Shown: positions 38,947 through 53,301, counted from the stretch's first letter. The stretch: DNA of 64,000 bases from Parasitella parasitica NRRL 2501 (GCA_025201805.1 MU619242.1:181323-245322), one strand, 5' to 3'. The notes: a model not told the origin generated them from the letters alone. Made by a program: numbers and translations.

Positions 38947-41900
38947 ATGTCTCTGTCATTTGCTCACCAAGCAGCTAAAAGAAGCCTGCGGCTCAGCCGT
39001 CAGGGCAAAAATTATCAAGTACTATTCAGGCACGCAGTTATCCCTTGTAGATGCCAAAGCTCAGTAGCTACGGCAACCAAATCTTCCTCGGATGCAGTCC
39101 GCAGAAAGCACATTATTGTCCCTAACCCGGGCATGAATACCTACAAGCTAACAGCCAAGGTTTTGCCAGGCTCAGTGGCAGAGCAATTTGCCCTATTGAA
39201 AGCGTGCATTATTTCAGGATCCATGGTACGGGCGGACAGAATTATGAGCGAACTGTACAAGACAAAACCGGAAGAAATGAAATTATTTGCCGATGTCAAT
39301 TTATACAATACACTCCTGAATGGGTTCATTGAAGTGGGTCCAAAGCCCATGACTAGAGAATGCTTGGCTTGGCTTGATGTCATGAAACCTCGAGGCGTTA
39401 AAGCGGATGCGGACACTTATGCCATTGTTTTGAAAGGATTTTTGAGGCAAGTTTGTTTATTTTTGTCTGAATAATCCGTGCTGACATGCGTGCTAATTGC
39501 GTAACAGAACTCAAAGCTATCATACAGCAAGAGGGCTGCTGGTAGAAATGGTCTTGGAAGAAGGAATTTTAGTTGAAGATGTGGTGAAATCCGAATATCT
39601 GACCACGACAGACATCGAGTCTTTCAGAACGGTAATCTCTTTTTTTTTGGGGGGGGGGGGTTAAAACTTTTTTTTCCTGACGTGGCCGTTCGATATAGAT
39701 GATCGCAACTAGTACAGGAACCACGAATAAAAACGTTAAAGAGGTATTAGAGCAATTGGAGGCCGCCACCAACACTGTTTTGGGCAAACCTATAGAGCCC
39801 ATCCTGAAAGACAGCATGGCTGAACCCTTTACCAAAGAAAGCAATTTTGAACCTGTGCCTGAGGTTAAACCCACCAAATCCATTGGCGTTCACTTTTTGC
39901 AAGAGCAATTGGCAGCACTTGGAGATCCTAATGCAACTGCTCATGTGGACCGTTACGATCTTCAGTTAGGTTTAGAACAGCAAGGCTACGAAATGGCACT
40001 ACAACGACTTTTATATGACAAGGAGCAGAGTTTAGAACGTGGAGATACATTGCAAGCTATGAATTTGACACCCTTAAAACGAATGATGTGGGAATGGCAT
40101 CAGAAGATGCTCCCCTTGATCAAAGAAGAAGTTGAACGTTGTGAGGCATCTACGTGGCGTGAAACTGAGCGCCGTCTGTATGGCCCATTCTTGAAGCTAC
40201 TACCACCAGAGACTCTGTCTATTGTCACAATCTTAGAACTACTACGTCTGCACAATTCGTCTGGCATCGGCGATGGTATGAAGACGGCTCGCGCAATTAT
40301 AGATGTAGGTAAATCAGTAGAAATGGAGTATAATGCAGTGCAGATCAAGAACAAAGCGAGAGGGCTTGACAAGAGTTCGGATACACATGCGCTTTTCGCA
40401 AGCGGTAAGCTGTTCAACATGGCTGTAAGAAAGGCTCGGACAAAAATGGAACAGGATCAATCAGAAAGCCAACACTCTGACGGTATGGGCCCTTTAAATA
40501 ACTGGAACCCGGTGTGGCCGAGTACAATCCGTGCAAAGGTTGGCAGTGTCTTGACGGGTTTGTTATTAGAAGCGGCCAAGATTCCCGTGCCTAGCAAAGA
40601 TCCTGAAACTGGGTTGAAAATGTAAGTAAACCTACACATGGATTCTTCTTCAGGTACTGATTGACGATAATGTAGCATTGAGAATATACCAGCATTTTTC
40701 CACACGTATCAATATGTCCTCGGTAAAAGAGTTGGTATTATCAAGTTCTCAGAGCAATTGACACAAATGCTGGCCCGTGAACCTATTCGTGACACTTTAC
40801 ATCCTCGTCTTATGCCTATGTTGGTGCATCCTAACCCATGGTTATCTTACAACAGCGGCGGATATCTCTCTACGAAATCAATGTGTATGAGAGTCAAAGA
40901 TTCTGCAGAGCAGTTGGTTTATTTGAGTAAGGCGTCTGAAAACGACCATCTTGCAAAGGTTTTCTCTGGCTTGGATGTTTTGGGCTCGACGTGTTGGAGA
41001 ATCAATAAAAACGTTTTCAATGTCATTCTTGAGGTGTGGAATAAGGGCGAGGCCTTAGCAGACATCCCACCTATTGTAGAAGAACATGATCCTCTTCCAC
41101 CCAAACCAGAGAATTACGATACTGATCCCAAAGCCAAGTTCAATTGGGTTTCTATAGTCAAGCAAATTCAGACCAACGAACGAAACAACCATAGTTTAAG
41201 ATGCGATGTAAACTACAAAGTTGAAACTGCCCGTGCTGTAAGTATATTGTGAATTCGTACTATAGAATGCTGCTAATGTGTGTATGTGTGTGTTTTGGCT
41301 TAGTTTTTAAACCTTCCAATGTACTTTCCCCACAACATGGACTTCCGTGGTCGTGCCTACCCCATGCCCCCCACTTTGAATCATTTAGGCAACGATTTGT
41401 GCCGTGGTTTGCTCCATTTTGACGAAGCAAAGCCGTTGGGTGCCCGTGGATGGAGATGGCTCAAGATCCAGGTAGCCAATTTGCACGGTTATGATAAGCA
41501 CTCGTTCACCGAAAGAGAAGAATACACTATGCACAACATGAACGACATCTTAGACTCTGCGGACAACCCACTCACTGGTAATCGCTGGTGGTTGAAGGCC
41601 GATGCGCCATGGCAATGTCTCGCTGCTTGCTACGAAGTAGCGGCTGCTTTCCGCAGTGGCGCTCCAGAAGAATTCAAGTCCCAGCTGCCTATTCATCAAG
41701 ATGGTACGTGCAACGGTCTTCAGCACTATGCAGCGCTAGGTGGTGATTTATCAGGCGCGCGCGCTGTTAACCTGGCCAACACTGGGGATCGGCCTGCGGA
41801 TGTGTATGCTGGTGTCGCTGAACTGGTCAACAAGCAGATTGACGAAGCTGCTGCAAACGGCAACGAATTGGCCAAAATACTTCAGGGCAATGTAAGTCGC

Positions 41901-43007
41901 AAGGTGGTGAAGCAAACTGTCATGACAAATGTCTACGGTGTCACGTTTGTTGGTGCTCGTGCTCAGATTGAAAATCGTCTTCGCGAGAACGAAAACATTC
42001 CTCGCGAAAAGGTCTACGTTCTCTCTGGCTATTTAGCCAAGAAAGTTTTCTCCTCTCTGGGCGAAATGTTTACAGGCGCTCATCAGATTCAGGATTGGCT
42101 GACAGACTCTGCAAGACGTATTGCCCGCAGTATCCCATTAGAGACATTGCAAGAAACAGGCCTTGTCGCTGGTGGGCCACCCATTGCGGAAGTGTCAAAA
42201 GCGGCTTCTGGAAAGAAGAGGTCTAGCAAGAATAATAAGGAGTTTTCTGCTCGCAATCCCTCTGCTAATCAAATGACATCTGTCATCTGGACCACTCCTC
42301 TTGGCTTGCCCATCGTGCAGCCTTATCGTCGCTCTGGCAAGAAGCAGATTGCCACCCTCTTGCAAACTATTTTTATCGAAGATCCTGATGCATCTCGTCC
42401 TGTCAATGCCATGAAGCAGAGTTCGGCGTTTCCTCCTAATTTCATTCATTCACTGGATGCCACCCACATGCTGATGTCCGCTGTCGCCTGCCATAAAAAG
42501 GGCATGACCTTTGCTTCTGTCCACGACAGTTACTGGACTCACGCGTGCGATGTCGATGGCATGAACGAAGTTATTCGTGATCAATTCATCGAGCTGCATT
42601 CTCAGCCCATCATGGAAAACTTGATTGCTGAATTCAAGGAACGTTACAAGGACTACAGAGTGCCTCGAAACGAAATGATCGACAACAGTGCGAAGGAAGA
42701 GCAAGACACTGCCGGCACAAGTTTGTTTGGAGATGAATCAGAGCTTGACAAGGAATTAGAGCGTGAAAATCAAAAAGAAGAGAACGAAAAGAAGGACGCT
42801 ATTAACGCAATATTTGGTATGGTTGATGCGCCTGAAACTGATGGCGATGGTGACGAAGATGAAGACGACGAGGTGGTGGAAAAGAAGTCCAAGAAGAATA
42901 TTGCCAAGTACAAGTACACTTGGGAGCCTCTTTCCTTCCTGCCGCTGCCAAAGAAAGGTGAATTTGACATTAATGAAGTAAAGAAATCACCCTACTTTTT
43001 CCATTAA
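38947..43007 (+). CDS. RPO41: Mitochondrial T7-like single-subunit RNA polymerase with N-terminal PPR-like region, 5 exons
   Basis: PHNMDFRGRAYP, HQDGTCNGLQHYAALGGD, RKVVKQTVMTNVYGVT, FPPNFIHSLDATH, SVHDSYWTHA and C-terminal SPYFFH. Presequence-like N-terminus. Confidence 0.97.
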
Positions 43008-43505
43008 GCAAACAGATTTGTTCAAAACCTTAGACTATAATATAATATATATTCCCTTCTTTTATCTGTAATTTTATGTATAAAACAACTCAATTTTCTG
43101 CAACACAAATTCTTTTTTTTTTATTTATTTTGATATTATTCTAGAATAAAAACAGATCAAACTCTACACTTTTTATATGTCTTTTGGGCGGCATTCATAC
43201 AGGATATTCCATTGCTTGAATCTCGTTCCTGATGAAAAAGACCTTTAAAACTGATGAATTCTAGATTCCCAACTTTGTATTGTGTTACTTCTAGCCAAAG
43301 CCCTTTGAAATATGAAACAGATTTAATATTAGAAGCAATATTTCTTGCTTTTCTCTAGATTTTGATCGTATGTAAGGGTTCGCCCTTTCATTCTTTGAAG
43401 AGGAGCCTTCATTCATGGATTTTTGTTTATACGCTGATCTCTTTTTTCTATTTATCCCTCTCTCTTTGTCTTATTAATACGATAATTACCCCAATATTTG
43501 TTGGC

Positions 43506-44412
43506 ATGACAAAAGAGCTTTCAAGTTCATGTACAATCCAAATAGACATCAATGTGTTGAATAAAAATGAGATTTCTGCAGACACTTTGGACATGGATAT
43601 CGCTCACCCCAAAGTTGTTGCTGCAGCCAGGTACTTGTAGAAAAAAAAAAGAAAAAAAAAAAGCCATAAATCACGCCAACACTACGAATAGAATACTCAA
43701 AACTCACAGGGAAGCAGCGTCTATACCTTCAGATGATTTTGAGCATTGGGTAGAATCATATGCTGGAGATAACGACTTTGCTGATTTAATCAAGACAAGG
43801 GTAGCTCCTAGGAAAAGAAGGTCGCTCTTGTCAAATGTATCATTTTCATATTCACCAGATGGGAATAGTGTCAGGGAAGACCCAGATATCAGTGAAGGTA
43901 ATGAGAGATGATTTTGAATTTGCTACTGCAGCAGCTTAATTAGTATATATCTGACGTTCACAGCACCAAAAAAGCCTGCCATACCTGAAAATACATTGAC
44001 AAAATCTCAAACTACAATGTCAACAACGGTGTTGGCTTGGCTGAATGGACTATTGCATAGACAACCAAAATCTGCATCATCGGCTGGGTCAAAACCGCTC
44101 ATTAACAAGACATTTGCAACTTTTCTAGTGCCATCAAGCAAAACTGTCATCATACCAAATCTCTTTAAAAAGAAGCAGCCTCGAGCCAAACAAAAAACAA
44201 TACCTAATCTGCCAAAACGATATCCTATGCCTATTGAGCGAGTTATTTACGAGATTTCTTGGATAAAACTGAATAATCCTCGCCGTCCACTATTTCACCA
44301 TGTTTCTATTTCCAACATGCTGAAAATAGTCGACGGGCGACAAGCCTTAATGCATATGCAAATACCTGCAAGATACGCATCATCGCACGTTGCTGCAGCT
44401 GTCAATCATTAA
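43506..44412 (+). CDS. Short protein with a Zds_C-like C-terminal motif (putative PP2A-Cdc55 regulator), 3 exons
   Basis: RYPMPIERVIYEISWIKLNNPRRPLFHHVSISNML resembles the Zds1/Zds2 C-terminal consensus ERAIYRLSH.KLANPRRPL..QV.LSN. Introns ~43631-43709 and ~43898-43963 keep the frame. Confidence 0.6.
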
Positions 44413-44798
44413 ATATGGAAATTTAAGGGTGCATCTGGATAAACACTGCTGCGATGAAAATTACCGATCATAACCGAAATAAATTTAGCCGAGAAAAGTG
44501 TCTTAAAAGAAAAGTGTCGATACAGCATAAATTTACACAATTGACCATGAACAGTTGATTTATGGAGAAAAAAAAATGTCTCGCTCGCTTTGATTATTTA
44601 ATCAAGGACCATGTATATTTGTTGCTGGTTATACAAAATGGAGTCTGAGAAGACAGGGAAGACTTGACCATCTTGCACCACAAGATTGAAATGGTCTGTT
44701 GGTTCTATTAGGAAACTCCGTTTTATTTTACATTGTCTTGGTCATGACAAACTTTTTTTCATCTCTTTTCTTTTAACCGAGAAAAACGAAGCAGGAAA

Positions 44799-46292
44799 AT
44801 GGGAAATGCCATTTCTAAAAAGAAGAATAAGTATAAAGAGAAAAGAGCATCTACAGGCAGGAAGCCCTCGCAATCAAAGTCGAACCCTGGCCCCAAGACA
44901 TCAGTAGCTCCCCAAGCATCGCAAATACCTCGCCTAGAAGTGCCAAGTGCAGACAACGAAAATAGTGTAAATACAGCCCAGTCGATCAACTCGATTTTGA
45001 TCACTTCATCGCAGCACCGTAAAAACAATCAGCAGAATAACTCGGCTCTTTCAGCTCTTAATCCCGACTATCCAGTAGGGAACACTGCAAGTGATAATAG
45101 CAATGAGCAAGACACAGTTCAGGCAGGCGATGCTTTCATGGGCAAAGTGGAGCATCCACAGCAGCACAAATTACTGGCCCAATCTGATTTCTGGCCTCCT
45201 AAAAAGGCTTCGGGGCAAACACTGGATATTGATAATGTGGATAACAATCAGCTCACTGTGTCCAGCATGAATCAATTGACGGTTAATTCAGTGTCGAGTA
45301 TGAATATGCAAGATGTCGCACAGATTGACGATTATATACACCGTCTTTTAGACGCTGGCTATGCATCCAAAGTGCCCAAGCAACTGTGTTTGAAGCATTT
45401 TGAAGTGAACGCCATATGTCGCGCTGCCATGGATATCTTTTTAAGCCAGCCATCTTTACTCGAATTATCAGCACCTGTCAAGATTGTTGGTGATACACAC
45501 GGACAGTACACCGACTTGATTCGGTTGTTCGAAATGGGAGGCTTCCCGCCGACTTCAAACTATTTGTTTTTGGGCGATTACGTTGATCGTGGAAAACAAA
45601 GTTTGGAAAACTTTTTACTGTTATTGTGTTACAAGATCAAGTATCCTGAAAACTTCTTTATTCTGAGAGGCAACCACGAATCGGCAAATGTCACGAAAGG
45701 TATGATTGCACAATCAATTGCCAATTGGGTGGAATCCAAAAAGTAGCTAATTTTACGTTGTACAGTATACGGTTTCTATGATGAATGCAAACGTCGCCTT
45801 AGCCCAAAAATGTGGCGATCATTCGTAGATGTATTCAATACCTTGCCTATTGCTGGCTTGGTGGCAGGGAAGATTTTTTGTGTTCACGGCGGTCTCAGCC
45901 CTTCGCTGCATAGTATGGATGACATCCGCAACATCCAGCGACCAACAGACGTGCCTGACTATGGATTACTCAACGATTTACTTTGGGCTGATCCTGCTGA
46001 TATCCTGGTAGATTGGGAAGACAATGAACGTGGTGTTTCTTATTGTTTTGGCAAAAAAGTCATCAATGATTTCTTGTCTAAATTTGATCTGGATCTTGTT
46101 TGCAGAGCTCATATGGTCGTTGAGGATGGCTACCAATTCTTTAATGAACGTACTTTGGTAACTGTGTTTAGCGCTCCTAATTATTGTGGTGAATTCGATA
46201 ACTTTGGTGCAATCATGAGTGTCAGCGAGGAATTATTATGCAGCTTTGAGCTATTGACGCCATCAGATCATCCGCTGGCCAAGAAAAACTAG
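44799..46292 (+). CDS. PPZ1: PPZ-type Ser/Thr protein phosphatase, 2 exons
   Basis: MGNAISKKK myristoylation-type start, long disordered N-terminus, GDTHGQ, GDYVDRG, RGNHE, HGGLSP and [12 protein letters not shown]. Confidence 0.9.
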
Positions 46293-49200
46293 GCTCTCTC
46301 CCCTGTCTTTCCTATATCCATTACTTCACTCAAGTCTTTTTTTTTTTTTTTTTTAAATTTTCCCAGTAGCTATATATTCTCGTAATCTCTTTTTTTTTTT
46401 CTTTTTGTTTCTTGTTCTCTCTTTCTCATCCTGTACAACAAATCAAATTATCGTCATATTGAAGCTTTTTTATTATATATATTTTTGGCTTATTGTGCAT
46501 AAATTTGATTCTTTCTGGAAGTTTTTTAATCCAATTATTATGGCTTCGCTAAAGAGATGCAGATCATGCTATTGACGGCAAATCTATTATGTATTTCATG
46601 GAGAAAGTCGGTAATCCAGCTATTCTCATGTCAGAAAAATAAGTCTCCATAAATTATAAGGCTTTTGATAGTATACCCATCCCTCACTGCACTAATCGTC
46701 CTCATCCATGTTGGCAACAATCCTGGGTTATTTCTACGCATCTAAAACAAAATCGTAAATATCTGTGCCGTATAAAGGCAGAAGCAGGAAAGCTTCGACA
46801 TTTTCAATCTTGCATAACATGAGGATTCAGTGTGATTAAGCTAGAGATATTAGCATTTGTGGCACCATAAATATCAGGTGATTCGTTGTGAGTTAGGGTT
46901 TTCATAAAGTGTGAATCAAACTTAAATTGTATGGTCGTGATAACCAGTTTCGAAGCTAATATACTACTGCCTTCTTGAAAAACATCAGGAGTATATAGCA
47001 TAAATGTCTAAGATTTCATCGTTCATAAATCAATAGAAACGTCAAAAAGAAAAATGAGAAAATCAACATGTAACTAATTGATGTGTTAAACTCAAGTAAA
47101 CCCAAGTAAACCCAATATTGAACACAATCCAGGGATATATCCCAACGGATTATGCTTCATGTTTATATCTCACCATATCTCACACTTGCACCCTATCCTT
47201 CCCATCAGTTCATTTAGATTCATTAGTATATAAACCATCATATCTTCCATGTAATAAACGAGATCTTTACCTGATTAATTCACAGCTGTTTTATTGAATA
47301 ATTTCTCATTCTGATACATAATAAGGTCTGCTTTCCTTATTCTATATGATGTATGAAATACTGCCAGTAATTCACATTTGTTTTTTGCAATTCAACGCAA
47401 TAGTATACATTTAGGTAGTTTTATAGGTTTTTCCCCATAATTTTATTGATCAAATCCCTATCAAAGATTTTTGACACTTAAATTGGGGAAATGTCGCATA
47501 TAGCCAAAAAATTATTGTTTATTTTGCTAAATTCATTGTTGTGTATGATAAACTGCACTAAATAATAGGAGGGCTTGTTGCATCGTAGTGACAACACAAT
47601 TGGAGCAAGACTTATTTATATTTCATTTGCTAATCATTATGAATGTGGATGATTCATCGGTAATAGGTTTAGCGTTGTAATTTACCGTAGAATAAGTAAA
47701 GCCGAATAGATTGTGTCTTATACAGTACAAGACATTCCATGGCTAACTCTATTCAGCAGACTTACCGATGCTATATAACCTTAGATCTGATCAAGAACGG
47801 TTGCCATGACAACTGAGTGGAAATAAACGTAAACATTGTATTCTAATATACAACAAAAAGATGGTTGGAACTCTCTCGCCGACAATTTTTTTCAAGGCAA
47901 TGCGCCGTGACAATGCCTTAGCGCTTGCAATTGATCTTGGTGGTCTTGATTGCCTTTTTTTTTTGGAGCAGTCTTTCCCCTGTTTCAATGCAAACCTCAA
48001 CGCTGCTAAGAGGCATAGAATGCAACAGTTTAGCCACTCTTTTTTTCTACAGAAAAACAGATACTAGACTCGCCAAATCAAATTATTTAGTTAGTTTTAT
48101 ATTTTAATTAGCAATACTAACTGTCTCCTGTGAAATGATATTGCTTTTTGTCACTTCAGTACGTTTGTAAAGACGGTTACATATATTCACAAACACTCGA
48201 TTTGTAGACACAAAAGAAACATAAAACTGCAGAGACGGGCTCAATTATTATGCGAACGATGAGATACGATGACTAAAATATATGTGCATCAAATGTCTTG
48301 GACGGAGGTCCTGCGCATCGTCAAAAAAAAAAAAAAAAATAATAATAGATGCAACGTATACATGCGTATACATTTATAATGTAGAATAATATGAAGAAGT
48401 TCATGCAGTGTATCCATGCTAAGCGTACGTTATACCACATGCATAAGCTTATGAAAAGAACAACCGAGATGTACGTTATCACTTCACTCTATAATATTAT
48501 ACAGTGTTTATTGTGTGTGATTAGAACACATTTACTAAGTTGGTCTTTTGCTGGCATAGTTTACAAGGAAAAAGAGAAAATGTACATTTACGTTGTTCTC
48601 TGAAGGTGAGGTGACGTTAGATTCAAGATGCATTTGTATAGAAACTTTGACATTTGCTAACGACCAAATGTTCTTGAAATAAGCTGTTTGAATCAAGTTA
48701 ATTATGCAAAATAAAGCATAATATTAGAAAGAAAATAAATCGCTGGCATATTAGGCTAGCCTTCATTTATAAACTATCATAAATGTATATCAAACATTAA
48801 ATTGATTTTAGAAAATAATATCTTATTTGAAGATATTCTTAATTATGCAACAATAACAGGAATTTTTTATAAAAAGGTCATTATATGACGTCGTGTCACC
48901 GTTCTGTTGTTATTTTGGTACACTTAACCTTCTCGAATGCGCAAATGAGGGAGGTGGAGGAACGTTTCCTCAAAAGACGATTAGCGCAGACTGAGGTTTC
49001 TCGTCATGATGACAAAATGTATCATCATTAGGCCAACTTGACTACAAATGCATGGCAAGAAAAGGAGATGATGCTCTATCATATATACGGCAAAAACCCT
49101 CGGGCAGATTTTGGGCATCTACCTGATGAGAGAGATCAACAGATCTCTTCTAAAAAGTTCGATTTGTTTCTAATTGAACAAGTTGAGGCAGCTAACCCCG

Positions 49201-52200
49201 AAATGCATTAGTCGCGAAAACCGTGCACATCACTTGAATGGGAGAGGCAAAAACAATTATTTATTTTGAAATCGAGTCTAGAAATCAATGGAATGAAAAT
49301 GAAGGATAAGAGGAAGACAAATTTCTTTTGTCTCATGATTTAGGCATTGCTAACAAACGAGAAAATTAAAAAGGTTGGTAGATTGAGTAAACGGTTGTAT
49401 TTCTCCACCCTTTACTTTAAAATCATAGTATTGCATGATTTGTAACTTCTTTCTTTTTCTTTCCAATTTTTTCCATTTGTTATCAGAAAAGGAGATAAAC
49501 CAAGGAAAAGGCAATAAAATCACCAAAAAAACTCTCATGCGTAAGAGAACGACAATTTGAATGAATAAGACAAAATACTGTTACCAGCCTTGTAACGGAT
49601 ATGGTCTGGATAAGGAATACGGTACTCTGATATGGATTTACATTTATCAATATTAGGGTAATTTGTATATATTTTTAAGGAGTAAACGAGCAGAACTGAT
49701 TCCGCTCACAGTCCAAAATGAAGGCAACACACATTGTTAGCACGATTATACTTGGTATATGCTGCACTTTATGCCTATTTTGTGCATTACCCAAATTACA
49801 AGTTACGTGATAATTCCACACCTTTTTTTTATTCTATTAACATACAGTATGTCACTCTTGCCTCTCACAAGGATAATATCTTTTGTGTTTTCCATGATAG
49901 TATCAATATTGTCGACATCATTGGTATTTAGAATATACATAGTTTGTGCAATAGGAAAAATAAACAAACATCCCTAATACGTGTAATCATTTGATGTACC
50001 GTACATCACACAACTGTAAAAGATAGAGCAACTTTACAAGTGATAATCCAGCTGATTTTATTGGATAACCCCCTTTATACTAACTAGACGAGTGTGGGGT
50101 GCAAAAAGGGAGAAAGTTATTGTAGTGCTGTACATGCAAATCGAATGTGATTAAAGAAAGTTTTTAAGGGGCAAAATGTATTTGCTACAGCTTAATTCAG
50201 AGTATGACGATGAATGAGGAAAGAAAAGTGAGGGAAGCATATCTCTTGGCCATTGTGTACCCTCATACGATATTTGATGCATTTTTCTCGATAGGGAGAA
50301 AGTAGATAGTTTTTCCCTTATTCTTGAATACCGAGAATTTGTAATGATATTAACATCACGCAATTCTTTTTACGCTTAATATATATGTTTGTGTGTCTGT
50401 ACGATAAACATGTATATCACATTATACGAGATTTTACAATAGCCTTTCCTGTTTATTTTATATTGTCGATGAAGAGGACAAAAAAGGGATTAGATTAGGG
50501 GGTGGGGCAATGGGGAAGCTCCACTGGGGGAACAAGATTATAAAAACATAAAAGCAAGGGGATCACACATTCTATTTGTTACAGAAGAAGCATTTTAGTA
50601 TTCTTTTCATATCGCATTTACAAAATGCTAGTAGATATAACTAGAATATGACAAATCATTATACCTCTACGCCATGGATAAGACAGAATGGTGCTTTGTC
50701 TGCAGAAAACTACAATTATGAATATATATATACGTGTATTTGACGTTTTATCTACAGACATGCATCACTACTATGTAAGGTCTCCTAATTATGATCATAT
50801 TAATTGGTTTAAAAAAGACATTTTATATATGGTTAAATCCTTTGTTTTATGAAAAATCCTCAAATGATTATTTTTATATCATATTATATCAATGTGCATT
50901 ATACCTATATGTTTTAGTTCCTTGCAAGAGTCATAACACAGGCCTATTCAAAAATTGAGTGATTAAATATGCTATGCTCCAGATTTTGAGGAGTTGAGTG
51001 TGGGTGGTGAGGCCAAGGAGAAGCTTCAGCATAAGTTTTGTTTGTATAATATACACAAATGAGTAGCAGAGATTCGATTGATTAAAATGTTCGATCCTGC
51101 TGTCGAGCAAACTGATTTTTATTTTGATTCATGCTTTATTTTGATGATTCATATGACTTGCGTGTTGCTGCTGCTGCTGCCTCTAATGCATAGGAAATTA
51201 TTATTTTCGAGTCAAAGGTTAAATTTCGGTATGTTATGTAAATATGCATGTATATATATTATAATCATGGTATGTAAAAAAAAAAAAAAAATGTATAGGG
51301 TTCTGGTTGTAACTTGTATATAACAAGATGCAATACCTATAGGAGATGGCTATTGCATGTTCAAATCCGAGATATTCTCTCACAAAAAAATTCAGGGATA
51401 AACCATGTAGGTTACATAAGATACTTTTTTATTTATGTATACACAAAAAAAAACTCGATTCGCATGCTTTGTGTGGTCCGAGATCCCTCAAATTTTGCCC
51501 TTTTTGAACAATCATTTTTTTTTTTTTTACTTATACCCTCATGTAGCAACAAGGATGGTAATACAAATTAATTCAGCTTTCTAATTACAAAATCGAGTTT
51601 CTTGTTGTAAAAAAAAGGTTTCGCGTGGATATAAAAAGCTTATATTAAAGAGTATCTAGTGCAACCAATATTTCAAAAAACAACTATATATAATCTCTGT
51701 CATACTCATATTATAAAAACAACCCCCCCCCTCTTTCCTCCTCTTTAGATACCTTTTTGTATAAACATACGATAAAGTGACAACATTTTAATATCAAACT
51801 CTATATAAACATACATACATACAAACAAATAATTGCTATCTGATTTTATTAAATACATTGCATGTGGATAGTCCAAGTCGAGTTGCTTGTGATATCAAAA
51901 ATTCGAGTCCATTGATCGACATTTGTAATGTTATACTGAGTTTATCGATTCTATTCTAATACAGAAGAACCGTCTCTACAGCAACTCCCATACATCTGTA
52001 ATACTCCTTGTCTTTTTAAGGAATAAAAGTGATTTTCGTTCTTCATTTTTATATATATTTAAACAAGGGGATGTGTTCTAGTCTTGGGGCAGAAAACCCA
52101 ATTCACACCAATTTTAACTGTGAAATTCATAGTAGAGCCCCTTTAAAATATATATATACATATTGCTACCACTACCACTTGATTAGCGAGATTCTTGTCA

Positions 52201-52458
52201 ATTCTATATAGGGGGAGGTGAGACACAAGAAAGTAAGGGGGGACAGTGTGTATCCTCAAAAAGCAAAAAACAGAGCAAAAGAGAAAGCAAAATACCCCGC
52301 CCCCAAAGCTACTCCAATATAAATAATATCAATGCAAGCAGTGTATCCCATAAACACACAATGTCTATAAAAGCACCTCCATTTGCAATGCCAATTTACC
52401 TTTTTCTCTCTTTTTTCTCTCTTCTCTTTCTCTCTCAATCAAAAACTATAATTTCAAC

Positions 52459-53301
52459 ATGTCTTTTCCATACTATCCAATGCTTGATAATTCTCAAGAC
52501 ACCACCATTATGTGCGATGACAACCTACTATTCTCCATCATGCCTGCCAACATGATGATCAAGCAAGAGCAAATTGTCGCTGATGATCTTTTGTTGACTG
52601 CTGGTTATTACCCTCAGCTTTACCAAGATTTCGCTGGAATTAGCTATCCTTCTAACGGCTACAGCTCTTGCAGTAGTAGCAGTAGTAACAACAGTGCTTA
52701 TGACACTGCGTATTATGCGAATGCGTCTACTCATGCTACCGGCCCAGTTTCTTCTGTCACTTGCTCTTCGTCTCCTTCATCCCATTACTCTTACGACAAC
52801 TTATACTCGCCATCAGATTCATTCACTAGCTTTGACTTTTTTTCACCAAACTCAACTTGCAACGACTCGTCTCTCTATGAATATTGGTCAAATAACTCCT
52901 CTCCAGCATTAGTAAATCAAACATTTGACGCATCGTACTTTGAACAATCCACCGCAGATGTTTTGGGAGATTCATTAAGCATGCCTTCATATACATCATC
53001 GTCATTACCATCCACATCAACGGCGAGCGTAGCAACTTTATCCGGCAGAAAAAAGCCTCAAATTGAAGGAAAACCTTACTCATGTTCAACCTGTCGGCGC
53101 GCATTTGCTCGTAAGCACGATCTACAGCGCCATGTTCGTGTCCACACTGGTGATAAACCCTACATGTGTCCTTGCTGCAAGAAGACATTTGCTCGTACAG
53201 ATGCACTGAAGAGACATTTACGCATGGAAGACCAATGCCGTCAAAGCGATGAAGTACAAGCATTGAAAGAAACTGGCAGAAAACGATACAAAAATTTGTA
53301 A
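52459..53301 (+). CDS. C2H2 zinc-finger transcription factor (two fingers, Ser-rich N-terminus), intronless
   Basis: YSCSTCRRAFARKHDLQRHVRVH-TGDKP-YMCPCCKKTFARTDALKRHLRMEDQC. Confidence 0.9.
   Translation: MSFPYYPMLDNSQDTTIMCDDNLLFSIMPANMMIKQEQIVADDLLLTAGYYPQLYQDFAGISYPSNGYSSCSSSSSNNSAYDTAYYANASTHATGPVSSVTCSSSPSSHYSYDNLYSPSDSFTSFDFFSPNSTCNDSSLYEYWSNNSSPALVNQTFDASYFEQSTADVLGDSLSMPSYTSSSLPSTSTASVATLSGRKKPQIEGKPYSCSTCRRAFARKHDLQRHVRVHTGDKPYMCPCCKKTFARTDALKRHLRMEDQCRQSDEVQALKETGRKRYKNL

Noticed and set aside
38947-43007. T7-like polymerase as evidence of a phage or linear-plasmid insertion
   Set aside because: Spliceosomal introns, presequence and PPR-like region identify the normal nuclear-encoded mitochondrial enzyme.
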